The notes beneath the pieces were generated by a model. It had not been told where the DNA came from and did no database searches. It worked only from the letters and a program-made list of their open reading frames with translations. Of a DNA stretch of 32,000 bases, positions 1 to 8,810 are shown one piece after another. Source of the DNA: Alkalilimnicola ehrlichii MLHE-1 (GTDB taxonomy: Bacteria > Pseudomonadota > Gammaproteobacteria > Nitrococcales > Halorhodospiraceae); the NCBI RefSeq assembly GCF_000014785.1, contig NC_008340.1:3060001-3092000 (forward strand), written 5' to 3'. Each line of letters starts with the position of its first letter. Positions within the stretch are counted from its first letter, which is position 1. The position numbers and the translations under genes are program-made.

Positions 1-2229
1 ATCACCGCACTGGACAAACACACCCCCGACGGCCAGGTCTTCCGGGTCGACATGCGCCTGCGCCCCAACGGCGACAGCGGCCCGCTGGCGCTCTCCTTCG
101 CCGCCATGGAGCACTACTACCAGCACCAAGGCCGGGAGTGGGAGCGCTACGCCATGATCAAGGCCCGGGTGGTGGGCGGCGACTATCAGGCCGGCGAGGC
201 ACTGCTGGCCGATTTGCGCCCCTTCGTCTACCGGCGCTACCTCGACTTCGGCGCCCTGGAGGAACTGCGGGGCATGAAGGCCAAGGTCATGGCCCAGGTC
301 CGGCTCAAAGGCATGGAGGACAACCTCAAGCTTGGCCCCGGGGGTATCCGCGAGGTGGAGTTTATCGGCCAGGCATTCCAACTGATCCGCGGCGGACGTG
401 ATCGCCGGCTGCAGGAGCGCCGCATCCTGCATGTGCTGGACTACCTGCGGGAGATTCATCTGCTACCGGACTACGTGGTCAGCGAGCTGACCGAGGGCTA
501 TCGGTTTCTGCGCGAGGCGGAGAACCGGCTGCAGGCCATCGGCGACCGCCAGACCCACGAGATCCCGGACAATCCCCTGGACCGCCAGCGCCTGGCACTG
601 GCCATGGGCTTCGACGACTGGGCCGCCTTCCAGTCCCGGCTCGACCGGGTGCAGCACCAGGTGCACGGCCATTTCGAGCAGGTGTTCGCCGCCCCACAGG
701 CGGAGAGCGATGAGGGCAGTGAACCCAGTGCGCTGGACGTCCTGTGGCTGGGGGAACTGGAGCCGGAAACGGTCCGCGGGCAGTTGGGCGAACTCGGCTT
801 CGACGACGCCCAGGCGGTGGAGCGGCGCCTGCGCACCCTGCGCGAGAGCAGCGTGGCCCGCGCCCTGTCCCGCCAGGGCCGGCACCGGCTGGACCGGCTC
901 ATCCCGCTGTTGATTGGCGCCGCCTGCAATGCCGATCAGCCCGATCTTGCCCTGATCCGCAGTCTCGACCTGGTGGAGACCATCGCCCGGCGCACCGCCT
1001 ACCTGTCGCTCCTGGTCGAGCACCCCATGGCGCTGTCACAGCTTATCCAGTTGTGCGACGGCAGCGCCTGGATCGCTCGCTACCTGGCCCACCACCCCCT
1101 GCTGCTGGACGAGCTGCTGGACCCGCGCAGCCTCTACAAGCCGCTGGGCCGGGAGGCCCTGGCCGAGGAACTGCGGGAGTGGCTGCGCCCCATCGAAGAG
1201 CACGACCTGGAAGAGCAGATGGAGGCCTTGCGGCTGTTCAAGCAGACCAACACCCTGCGGGTGGCCGCGGCCGACATCAGCGGCGCCGTGCCGGTCATGG
1301 TGGTCAGTGACTACCTTACCGGCATCGCCGAGGTGGTGCTGGAGGAGGCGGTGGGCGTGGTCTACCGCCATCTGGTGGCCCGCCATGGCCGCCCCCTCTG
1401 CCGGATGGACGGGGAGACGGTGGAGGCCGGCTTTGCCGTCATCGCCTACGGCAAGCTGGGGAGCATCGAACTGGGCTACGGCTCCGACCTGGACCTGGTC
1501 TTCATCCACGACACCCGCGGTGAGGCGCAACAGACCGATGGCCCCCGCCCGCTGGACAACCCGGTCTTTTTCGCCCGCCTCACCCAGCGGCTGATCCATG
1601 TGCTCAATACCCAGACACCCGGCGGCGTGCTCTACGAGGTGGACACCCGCCTGCGCCCCAGCGGCAAGGCCGGCCTGCTGGCCACCAGTCTGGAGGCCTT
1701 CGCCCGCTATCAGCGTGAGGAGGCCTGGACCTGGGAGCACCAGGCGTTGGTCCGCGCCCGGGCGGTGGCCGGGTGCCAGGCACTCTGTCGCGCCTTTGAG
1801 ACGCTGCGCGAGGAGTTGCTCTGCCAGCCGCGCGCGCCGGAGCCGCTGCGCGAAGAGGTCCGCAACATGCGCGAGCGCATGCGGGACGAGAAGGCCAGTC
1901 GCGACCCGGGGCTTTTCGACATCAAACAGGACCGGGGCGGTATCACCGACATCGAGTTCATGGTTCAATATGCGGTTCTGGCAGCCGCCCACGAACACCC
2001 CGAACTGATCCGCTACCCGGACAACGTCCGGCTGCTGGGTGCGCTGGGGCGTTGCGGCTGGCTGCCCAACGGCGACGCCGACCGCCTGGCCGAGGCCTAT
2101 CGCGCCTACCGTGGCCGCCTGCACCGGCTGACCCTGCAGGAGGCCGGCGGCAGCGTCCCCGCCGAGGAGTTCCAGCAGCACCGGGAGACCGTGACCGCCA
2201 TCTGGGAGCGCCTGATGGGGGGCGACTGA
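1..2229 (+). CDS. glnE: Bifunctional glutamine synthetase adenylyltransferase/adenylyl-removing enzyme (5'-partial, continues upstream of the window)
   Basis: Frame 1 is open from base 1 (ITALDKHTPDGQVFRVDMRLRPNG...), so the ATG at 52 in the ORF track is internal. Two nucleotidyltransferase-type signatures are present: RVDMRLRP at the N-terminal edge, and GKLGSIELGYGSDLDLVFIH plus YEVDTRLRPSGKAGLL in the C-terminal half. This is the GlnE two-domain layout. Stop TGA at 2227-2229. Confidence 0.9.
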   Translation: MTALDKHTPDGQVFRVDMRLRPNGDSGPLALSFAAMEHYYQHQGREWERYAMIKARVVGGDYQAGEALLADLRPFVYRRYLDFGALEELRGMKAKVMAQVRLKGMEDNLKLGPGGIREVEFIGQAFQLIRGGRDRRLQERRILHVLDYLREIHLLPDYVVSELTEGYRFLREAENRLQAIGDRQTHEIPDNPLDRQRLALAMGFDDWAAFQSRLDRVQHQVHGHFEQVFAAPQAESDEGSEPSALDVLWLGELEPETVRGQLGELGFDDAQAVERRLRTLRESSVARALSRQGRHRLDRLIPLLIGAACNADQPDLALIRSLDLVETIARRTAYLSLLVEHPMALSQLIQLCDGSAWIARYLAHHPLLLDELLDPRSLYKPLGREALAEELREWLRPIEEHDLEEQMEALRLFKQTNTLRVAAADISGAVPVMVVSDYLTGIAEVVLEEAVGVVYRHLVARHGRPLCRMDGETVEAGFAVIAYGKLGSIELGYGSDLDLVFIHDTRGEAQQTDGPRPLDNPVFFARLTQRLIHVLNTQTPGGVLYEVDTRLRPSGKAGLLATSLEAFARYQREEAWTWEHQALVRARAVAGCQALCRAFETLREELLCQPRAPEPLREEVRNMRERMRDEKASRDPGLFDIKQDRGGITDIEFMVQYAVLAAAHEHPELIRYPDNVRLLGALGRCGWLPNGDADRLAEAYRAYRGRLHRLTLQEAGGSVPAEEFQQHRETVTAIWERLMGGD

Positions 2230-2317
2230 GCCGGCGCTGCCCGCAAGCCAACGGACAACAGAACCCACGCGGCCTATCCCTGACCCGGCGTCTGGCCGCC
2301 AATGGAGGAACTGCAGC

Positions 2318-3238
2318 ATGAGTATGGACGACCGCGACGGCGTCATCTGGCTGGACGGCCAACTCGTCCCCTGGCGCGATGCGCGCATCCACGTGCTCAC
2401 CCACACCCTGCATTACGGCATGGGGGTCTTCGAGGGCATCCGCGCTTACAACACCGAGCGCGGCACCGCCATCTTCCGCCTGCCGGAGCACACCCGGCGC
2501 TTTTTCGGCTCCGCGCGCATCCTGCAGATGGACATCGGCTACGACCAGGACACCATCAACCAGGCGATCGTCCAGTGCGTGCGCGAAAACAACCTGCAGA
2601 GTGCCTACATCCGGCCGATGAGCTTCTACGGCTCCGAGGGCATGGGCCTGCACGCCGACAACCTCAAGGTACACACCATGATCGCCGCCTGGGAGTGGGG
2701 GGCCTACCTGGGGGCGGAGAACATGGAACGGGGCATCCGTATCAAGACCAGCTCCTTCACCCGCCACCACGTCAACGTGACCATGTGCCGGGCCAAGGCC
2801 AACGGCAACTACATGAACTCGATGATGGCGCTGCAGGAGGCCACCCGCGACGGCTACGACGAGGCCCTGCTGCTGGACGTGGACGGCTTTGTCTGCGAGG
2901 GCTCGGGTGAGAACTTCTTCATGGTGCGCGACGGCGTGCTCTACACCCCCGAGCTGACCTCCTGCCTGGAGGGCATCACCCGCGACACCGTGATCACCCT
3001 GGCCGGGGAGATGGGCATCCCGGTGAAGGAAAAGCGCATCACCCGCGACGAGGCCTATCTGGCGGACGAGGCCTTCTTCACCGGCACGGCTGCGGAGGTC
3101 ACGCCGATCCGCGAGCTGGACAACCGCACCATCGGCGAGGGCTGCCGCGGCCCCATCACCGGAAAGCTCCAGCAGGCCTACTTCGATGCCGTGGAGGGGC
3201 GCAGCCCCGGTCACGAGGGTTGGCTGACCTTCGTCTAA
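2318..3238 (+). CDS. ilvE: Branched-chain-amino-acid aminotransferase (fold-type IV PLP enzyme)
   Basis: 306 aa. The sequence DGQLVPWRDARIHVLTHTLHYGMGVFEGIRAY...NGNYMNSMMALQEA...GSGENFFMV...EGITRDTV is a classic IlvE/BCAT pattern. GGAGG lies 10 nt upstream of the ATG. glnE-ilvE adjacency is common in gammaproteobacteria. Confidence 0.93.
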   Translation: MSMDDRDGVIWLDGQLVPWRDARIHVLTHTLHYGMGVFEGIRAYNTERGTAIFRLPEHTRRFFGSARILQMDIGYDQDTINQAIVQCVRENNLQSAYIRPMSFYGSEGMGLHADNLKVHTMIAAWEWGAYLGAENMERGIRIKTSSFTRHHVNVTMCRAKANGNYMNSMMALQEATRDGYDEALLLDVDGFVCEGSGENFFMVRDGVLYTPELTSCLEGITRDTVITLAGEMGIPVKEKRITRDEAYLADEAFFTGTAAEVTPIRELDNRTIGEGCRGPITGKLQQAYFDAVEGRSPGHEGWLTFV

Positions 3239-3253
3239 ACGGAGCCGGCGGCG

Positions 3254-3282
3254 GGGCCTGTCCGTTCATTCAAGGCAGGCCC
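3254..3282. terminator. Possible bidirectional hairpin between convergent ilvE and the 88-aa ORF
   Basis: GGGCCTG (3254-3260) pairs with CAGGCCC (3276-3282), giving a 7-bp GC stem. The loop is long (15 nt) and there is no U-tract, so this is weak. Confidence 0.2.
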
Positions 3283-3289
3283 TGCCCGT

Positions 3290-3556
3290 TCAATCCTGGA
3301 AGCCGTCCTGTCGGCCGGAGAGCACCCGCAACCGTTCCACACCCTTCTGCCGCTGGGCCCGGATAGCCCGGAGCTTGCCTTCGATCTCCTCACGGTCGTC
3401 ACGGTTGGGGTTCTCGTCCAGCTTGGCCTGAAACTTCCGCTGCTTCTCCCTGAGTTCGCGCAGGACCAGACGGATAGAATCCATCTCCTTTTCCTGCTCA
3501 CTCCGTTCTGCGTTCAGGAAGTCCCGTAATCTGGACAATAGCTTCTTGGTCTTCAT
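3290..3556 (-). CDS. Hypothetical small, highly charged coiled-coil protein (88 aa)
   Basis: ATG at 3556 is preceded by GGGAG with about 7 nt spacing. The protein is K/R/E-rich with a heptad-like pattern (LRELREKQRKFQAKLDE...IEGKLRAIRAQRQKGVERLRV). It lies 49 nt downstream of the Na/Pi-PhoU gene on the same strand. I recognise no family. Confidence 0.55.
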   Translation of the reverse strand: MKTKKLLSRLRDFLNAERSEQEKEMDSIRLVLRELREKQRKFQAKLDENPNRDDREEIEGKLRAIRAQRQKGVERLRVLSGRQDGFQD

Positions 3557-3605
3557 AGGGTTGCTCCCACCCGAAAGATCGCCGCCACCCCAACCCGCTC
3601 AGCCG

Positions 3606-5441
3606 TCACAACGTCCGCCCCTTGCTCTCAGAGGAGACCTCCTCGACAGCCGCCTGAATCTCTTCATCGCTGAGCGCGACCTGACTCTGCGCCAGGCGCA
3701 CCTCCTTTTCCTTGGCCACCAGCAAGATCTGCGCCGCCTCGATAAGCAGACGGGCAATATCATAGGCGTACCCCGCATCATTCATCAGCGAGGTGGCCTC
3801 GGCACCGCGCATGCGCCGCTCCCTGATCGCCTCCTCCAGCCGGGCGCTGAACCCCCGGTAGAAGCGCTCCACGCTGACCTTGTAGGCATCAAGCGCGAGT
3901 ACGGTGGAGGCTCCGGGTTCCTCCTGGCGCAGTTGCTCAATCTCGCGCAACAGCCCTGCAATCAGCAGCCGGATCTCGTCGTAGCGCTCGCGGATGGCGC
4001 GGTTACGGGACAGGCCAAGCCGCGACAGGTTCTTGTGCAAGTGCTTCATGTCCTTCACCGCCAGCACAATATTCTGGCTGGCGTGGCGCAGTTCGTAGAG
4101 CTGCTCGGTGGCGGCGGCCGGAGTATCACCACTGGTCCCGCTCTCGCTGATGAATTCCACGATGGCGCTCTGCAGGCTCTTGATCCGCTGCTCGTAATCG
4201 TCATCGATATCCAGCGGCATGATGCGCTGGGTACGGGCCACAGCGTCGCTCAACGACTGCTCGGAGCGAACCACCGTGCGCCGCAGACTGAGCCCGTGGG
4301 TGATCAGCGAAAAGGCATTCTCGTACAGGTGCCAGACCTCCTTGCGCACTGCGGCCACGGTGACCTCCGGCACCTTCAGCGCGTCCTTGTGCAGGAACTG
4401 CGGCCTGACCGTGCGCTTGGAGACGAATGTCACATAGTGCTCCAGCAGGCTGGCAAACTGCTTGGTGAAGGGCGCGAAGATCATCACGCCCAACAAATTG
4501 AACAGGGTATGGAACAGCGCCAGGCGAAGCAGAAAGTCGTCCTCGGCAAAGCCCAGCAGGTTGCCGCCGAAATCCACACCCAAACGGATCCAGTCCATGA
4601 ACGCCACCGCCACCACGGCGGTCACGATATTAAAGACCACGTGCGCCACCGCCAGCCGCTTGCCGCCCAGGTGCGCGGTCATGCCACCCAGGGCCGTGGT
4701 CACCGCCGTCCCCAGGTTGGCGCCGATGGCCAGGGCCAGGCCGTTCTCGTAGGTGACCTGCCCGGCCGCCAGGGCGGTGATCACCACCAGCAAGGTGGCG
4801 TGGCTGGACTGCATGATCACCGTGATGAGCATGCCGATGCCGATGTAGACCAGCAGCCCGGCCATCCCCTCCATGGAGTAGGCGGCCAGGTCGAAGGTCT
4901 CCTGGAAGGCGTCGAAGCCCTCCTTCATGTAGTGGATACCCAGGAAGAGAAAGCCGATGCCCAGCAGGATATTGCCCGCCCCCTTGGCCATCTTACCGCG
5001 CTGGAACATCAGCACGATGGCGAAGACCAGTAACGGCATGGCGTAGGCGGAGATGTTCACCCGCAGGCCCAGGCCGGCGATCAGCCAGGCACCCGTGGTG
5101 GTCCCCAGGTTGGTCCCCAGCACCACGCCGATGCCCGCGGCCAGCGGGATCATCTGGGCGCTGACGAAGGAGATGGTGACCAGCGAGACCAGGGTGCTGG
5201 ACTGCATCAGCGTGGTGCTGGCGATGCCGAAGCCCACGCTCTTCCACAACCGATTGGTGGAAGCCTCGAGCAGGGTCTCCAGGGTGCCGCCGGTAAAGGT
5301 GCGGAAACCCTGCTCCAGCGACATCATGCCGAACAGGAAGATGGCCACGCCGGCGGCGATCTCGGTGAAATCTCCACTCTGCCAGAAGCCCCAGGCCAGG
5401 ATGCCCAGGACAATGGCGAGCACCACCGCGCGGAGACTCAT
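3606..5441 (-). CDS. Na+/phosphate cotransporter family protein with C-terminal PhoU-like domain (NptA/YjbB-like)
   Basis: 611 aa. The N-terminal half is polytopic, with the duplicated Na/Pi-cotransporter motif (GGTLETLLEASTNRLW...MQSSTLVSL, then GANLGTAVTTAL...MQSSHATLLVV). The C-terminal ~220 aa is soluble and helical, of PhoU type. Confidence 0.88.
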   Translation of the reverse strand: MSLRAVVLAIVLGILAWGFWQSGDFTEIAAGVAIFLFGMMSLEQGFRTFTGGTLETLLEASTNRLWKSVGFGIASTTLMQSSTLVSLVTISFVSAQMIPLAAGIGVVLGTNLGTTTGAWLIAGLGLRVNISAYAMPLLVFAIVLMFQRGKMAKGAGNILLGIGFLFLGIHYMKEGFDAFQETFDLAAYSMEGMAGLLVYIGIGMLITVIMQSSHATLLVVITALAAGQVTYENGLALAIGANLGTAVTTALGGMTAHLGGKRLAVAHVVFNIVTAVVAVAFMDWIRLGVDFGGNLLGFAEDDFLLRLALFHTLFNLLGVMIFAPFTKQFASLLEHYVTFVSKRTVRPQFLHKDALKVPEVTVAAVRKEVWHLYENAFSLITHGLSLRRTVVRSEQSLSDAVARTQRIMPLDIDDDYEQRIKSLQSAIVEFISESGTSGDTPAAATEQLYELRHASQNIVLAVKDMKHLHKNLSRLGLSRNRAIRERYDEIRLLIAGLLREIEQLRQEEPGASTVLALDAYKVSVERFYRGFSARLEEAIRERRMRGAEATSLMNDAGYAYDIARLLIEAAQILLVAKEKEVRLAQSQVALSDEEIQAAVEEVSSESKGRTL

Positions 5442-5577
5442 AACCGCGCCATGCCCCCCGGCTGAAGCCCGACTCTGCCCAACTGGGCCTGCATCGGCAG
5501 CATTCCACTCCCCGATTAGGTATTCGTTACCCCTATCATGCGCCCGGTCACACAGGTAGGGTCAAGTGCCCGGGGGG

Positions 5578-8500
5578 TCAATCGTCCTCGCCCATGGCGA
5601 ACAGACTGGCGTTGCCACCGGCGGCAGCAGTGTTGACGGTCACGACCCGCTCGGCGGCGAAACGCAGCAGGTAGTGCGGCCCACCAGCCTTGAAACCGGT
5701 GCCCGACAGGCCCTCGCCACCAAAGGGCTGGCTACCCACTACCGCCCCCACCATGTCGCGGTTGACGTAGGCATTGCCCACCCGGGCGCGGTTCACCACC
5801 GCGGCGGCGGTCTCGTCCACCCTGCTGTGCACTCCCAGAGTCAGGCCGTAGCCCAGGCCGTTGATCCGGTCCACCAGCGCATCCAGCTCGCCGGCCCGCC
5901 AGGTCACCCAATGCAACAGCGGCCCGAAATGCTCCCGGCCCAACTGGTCGATACGGTCGAGACGGTAGAGGGCAGGGGCAACGAAGCTGCCCCGCTCACA
6001 CTCCGGTCGCAGCGGGGCCTGGTGCAGCAGGCGCCCCGCACTGACCATCCGCTCATGGTGGGCCAGCAGGCCATCCCGGGCGGCCGGGTCGATAACCGGT
6101 CCCACGTCGGTGGCCAGCCAGTGGGGATCGCCGACGGTGAGGGCGTCCATGGCCCCCTTGAGCATCGCCAGCAGGTCATCGGCAATATCCTCCTGCACGC
6201 AGAGCAGGCGCAGGGCCGAACACCGCTGGCCGGCGCTGTGGAAGGCCGAGCGAATGATGTCCACCACCACCTGCTCGGGCAGCGCACTGGAGTCCACCAC
6301 CATGGCGTTGAGCCCGCCGGTCTCGGCGATCAACGGCACAATGGGGCCCTCACGCTGCGCCAGCCCCTGCTGGATACGCCGTGCGGTGTCGGTGCCCCCG
6401 GTGAAGGCCACGCCGGAGATGCGGGGGTCCGCGACCAGGTGCGGGCCGATCTCGCCGCCGTCGCCGGGCAGCAGGTGCAGGGCAGTCTCGGGGATACCGG
6501 CCCGATGCATCAACGCCACCGCCTGATGGGCGATCAGGCTGGCCTGTTCCGCCGGCTTGGCGACCACCGTGTTGCCCGCGGCCAGGGCGGCGGTGACCTG
6601 GCCGGTGAAGATCGCCAACGGGAAGTTCCAGGGACTGATGCAGAGGAAGGTCCCGCGCGGGTGGAGGCGCAGTTCGTTACGCTCGCCGGTGGGGCCGGGC
6701 AGCACGGTGGCCTGCCCGAACAGGCGACGGGCCTGGTGCGCGTAGTAACGGCAGAAGTCGGCCGCCTCACGCACCTCGGCAATGCCGTCCTTCAGCCCCT
6801 TGCCCGCCTCCCGGGTGCACAGGGCCATCAGTTCGGCGCCATGCGCCTCGTAGAGTTCGGCGATCTGCTCCAGGGCCCGGGCGCGGGTCTCGGCCCGGGT
6901 ATTGGCCCAGGTCTCCCGACCGGCCACGGCCGCCTCCAGGGCGTGTTCCACGTCGGCATGCTCGGACCAGACCACTCGGCCCACCTGGCGCTCACGGTCC
7001 GCGGGGCAGTGCACCGCCTCACCCGCGCCCGCCTTGACCTGGCCGTCGATCAGCGGCGCGGCCCGCCAGGCATGTTCGCTGGCGGCCTCCATGGCCTCGG
7101 CCAGCCAGACCATCTCGTGGCGGTCGGAGAAATCCAACCCGATGCTGTTCAGACGCTGTTCGCCGTAGAGGTCCCGGGGCAGCGGGATGCGCGGGTGGCG
7201 CAGACTCTCGCGGGCGCGCAGGCTGGACGCCGGGTCAGCGACCAGGGCCTCCACGTCGCCCTCGTGGATACGGTTGACGAAGGAGGAGTTGGCGCCGTTC
7301 TCCAGCAGGCGCCGGACCAGGTAGGCGAGCAGTTCCTCGTGACTGCCCACCGGGGCGTAGATGCGGCAGGGGATATCCGGCCCGCCAGCGCGTCCCAGCA
7401 ACTGCTCGTAGAGCGCCTCGCCCATCCCGTGCAGCCGCTGAAACTCGTAGGGCTGGCGGCCGGCCAGTTCCATGACTGCCGCGACGGTATGGGCGTTGTG
7501 GGTGGCGAATTGCGGGTAGAGGTGCGGGCACTCGCTGAGCAGGCGCCGGGCGCAGGCCAGATAGGCGACGTCGGTGGCCGCCTTGCGGGTGAAGACCGGG
7601 TAGTCCCTCAGGCCCTGGACCTGGGTCTCCTTGATCTCTGTGTCCCAATAGGCGCCCTTGACCAGGCGCACCATCAGCGCGCGGTTTTGCCTGGCCGCCT
7701 GCGCCTCGAGCCAGCCTACCAGGGCATAGCAGCGCTTCTGGTAGGCCTGGATCGCCAGGCCGAAGCCCTCCCAGTCCGCCAGCCCCGGCTCGGCAAGCAC
7801 CGCCTCAATCACATCCAGCGACAGGTCCAGGCGCCAGGACTCCTCGGCATCCACACAGAGGGCGATGTTGTAGTCGCGGGCCAGTTCGCAGAGCTGCAAC
7901 AGCCGGGGCAGGACCGTGCCCATCACCCGTGCCTCCTGACCCGGCTCGTAGCGCGGATCCAGGGCGGAGAGCTTCACCGAGACCCCGGCCCGGTCGCGGA
8001 TGCGGGCCTGCGGGTCCACTGCCTTGCCGACCCGGTGGATGGCGTTGCGGTAGGCCTCGAAGTAGGCCTGGGCGTCGGCGTCGGTGCGGGCGGCCTCGCC
8101 CAACATGTCGTAGGAGTAGCGGTAGCCCTTGCGCTCGTTGGGGTGGGCCCGTTTCAGCGCCTCATCGATATCCCGCCCCAGGACGAAGGTGTCGGCCAGC
8201 AGGCCCATGGCCCGGCGCACCGCGGTGCGGATGACCGGTTCGCCCGCGCGCGCCACCATGTGGTGCAGGACCCCGCCCAGCCAGCGGTCGCGGTCATCGG
8301 TATCGATGATCCGCTCGGTGAGCAGCAGGCCCCAGGTGGCGGCATTGACGAACAGCGGCCGGTCCCGCCCCAGGTGGGTCTCCCAATGCGAGGCGGTCAG
8401 CTTGTCGTGGATGAGCTTGTCCGCGGTGTAGCGGTCGGGCACTCGCAGCAGGGCCTCGGCCAGACACATGAGCACGATGCCCTCCTCGCTGGAGAGGTCG

Positions 8501-8730
8501 TACTCGTGCAACAGCGCGTCCACCCCGAACTCCCCCTTTTGCGCGCTGATCATGCCCATGACCAGCGATCGGGCGTGCGCCTGGATGCGCCGGTTGGCGG
8601 TTTCGCCCAACGCGGCCCGCTCCAGCATGACCGATGTGACCTTGGCCTCGTCGGCGCGGTAGGCCTCGGCGAGGACGGCCCGCTCCGGGTGCAGCAAGGC
8701 GTCGGGTTGCGGGTGAACAAAATGGCTCAT
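5578..8730 (-). CDS. putA: Bifunctional proline dehydrogenase / L-glutamate-gamma-semialdehyde (P5C) dehydrogenase
   Basis: I place the start at ATG 8730 (MSHFVHPQPDALL..., 1050 aa). The 64 codons upstream in the ORF track are R/P/A-rich and overlap the divergent gene's promoter region. A PRODH barrel is followed by an ALDH domain (FTGGTDTARRI..., IAETGGLNAMVVDSSALPEQ, AGQRCSALR) and the typical tail AAAGGNASL. There is no N-terminal ribbon-helix-helix extension, so it is not the long E. coli-type regulatory form. Confidence 0.93.
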   Translation of the reverse strand: MSHFVHPQPDALLHPERAVLAEAYRADEAKVTSVMLERAALGETANRRIQAHARSLVMGMISAQKGEFGVDALLHEYDLSSEEGIVLMCLAEALLRVPDRYTADKLIHDKLTASHWETHLGRDRPLFVNAATWGLLLTERIIDTDDRDRWLGGVLHHMVARAGEPVIRTAVRRAMGLLADTFVLGRDIDEALKRAHPNERKGYRYSYDMLGEAARTDADAQAYFEAYRNAIHRVGKAVDPQARIRDRAGVSVKLSALDPRYEPGQEARVMGTVLPRLLQLCELARDYNIALCVDAEESWRLDLSLDVIEAVLAEPGLADWEGFGLAIQAYQKRCYALVGWLEAQAARQNRALMVRLVKGAYWDTEIKETQVQGLRDYPVFTRKAATDVAYLACARRLLSECPHLYPQFATHNAHTVAAVMELAGRQPYEFQRLHGMGEALYEQLLGRAGGPDIPCRIYAPVGSHEELLAYLVRRLLENGANSSFVNRIHEGDVEALVADPASSLRARESLRHPRIPLPRDLYGEQRLNSIGLDFSDRHEMVWLAEAMEAASEHAWRAAPLIDGQVKAGAGEAVHCPADRERQVGRVVWSEHADVEHALEAAVAGRETWANTRAETRARALEQIAELYEAHGAELMALCTREAGKGLKDGIAEVREAADFCRYYAHQARRLFGQATVLPGPTGERNELRLHPRGTFLCISPWNFPLAIFTGQVTAALAAGNTVVAKPAEQASLIAHQAVALMHRAGIPETALHLLPGDGGEIGPHLVADPRISGVAFTGGTDTARRIQQGLAQREGPIVPLIAETGGLNAMVVDSSALPEQVVVDIIRSAFHSAGQRCSALRLLCVQEDIADDLLAMLKGAMDALTVGDPHWLATDVGPVIDPAARDGLLAHHERMVSAGRLLHQAPLRPECERGSFVAPALYRLDRIDQLGREHFGPLLHWVTWRAGELDALVDRINGLGYGLTLGVHSRVDETAAAVVNRARVGNAYVNRDMVGAVVGSQPFGGEGLSGTGFKAGGPHYLLRFAAERVVTVNTAAAGGNASLFAMGEDD

Positions 8731-8750
8731 TGGTAAAGTCTGGACCACGG

Positions 8751-8779
8751 GCCTGTGGCTGCAAGGGAACCCGTATAAT
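8751..8779 (+). promoter_or_regulatory. Candidate sigma70 promoter for the Trx-membrane gene (perfect -10, poor -35)
   Basis: A perfect TATAAT sits at 8774-8779, 32 nt upstream of ATG 8811, which stands out in this GC-rich context. The hexamer 17 nt upstream (GCCTGT, 8751-8756) is a poor -35. Confidence 0.25.
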
Positions 8780-8810
8780 CGGACAGACCACCGTGCAGGA
8801 GGGGACCCCC

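Noticed and set aside
5442-5577. A Pho box upstream of the Na/Pi-PhoU transporter gene.
   Set aside because: CTGTGTGACCGGGCGCATGATAGG only vaguely resembles the CTGTCAT-N4-CTGTCAT consensus. There is a single half-site-like element and no proper 11-bp phasing.
5566-8736. A 1056-aa ORF on the + strand spanning the whole putA locus. Similar long ORFs occur at 3546-5033, 1036-2406, 1958-3214, 11774-13117, 14476-15543, 15576-17156, 20190-20963, 22812-24224, 23641-24600, 24317-25222, 27074-28789 and 29855-30976.
   Set aside because: All lie antisense to, or out of frame with, genes that have unmistakable family signatures. Their translations are low-complexity and rich in G/A/R/P/H/Q/V, with no recognisable motifs. 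Long stop-free shadow frames are expected in high-GC DNA with strong GC3 bias.
8730-8810. N-terminally extended starts proposed by the ORF track: 8730 for the Trx-membrane gene, 8922 for putA, 19387 for the ABC ATPase, 22888 for sulP, 26651 for the response regulator, 31177 for the TonB-dependent receptor and 18644 for the flavin reductase.
   Set aside because: In each case an internal ATG is preceded by a proper Shine-Dalgarno sequence. It also gives a canonical N-terminus: a signal peptide, or the family-typical first motif. The extensions are R/P-rich and run into neighbouring genes or promoters.
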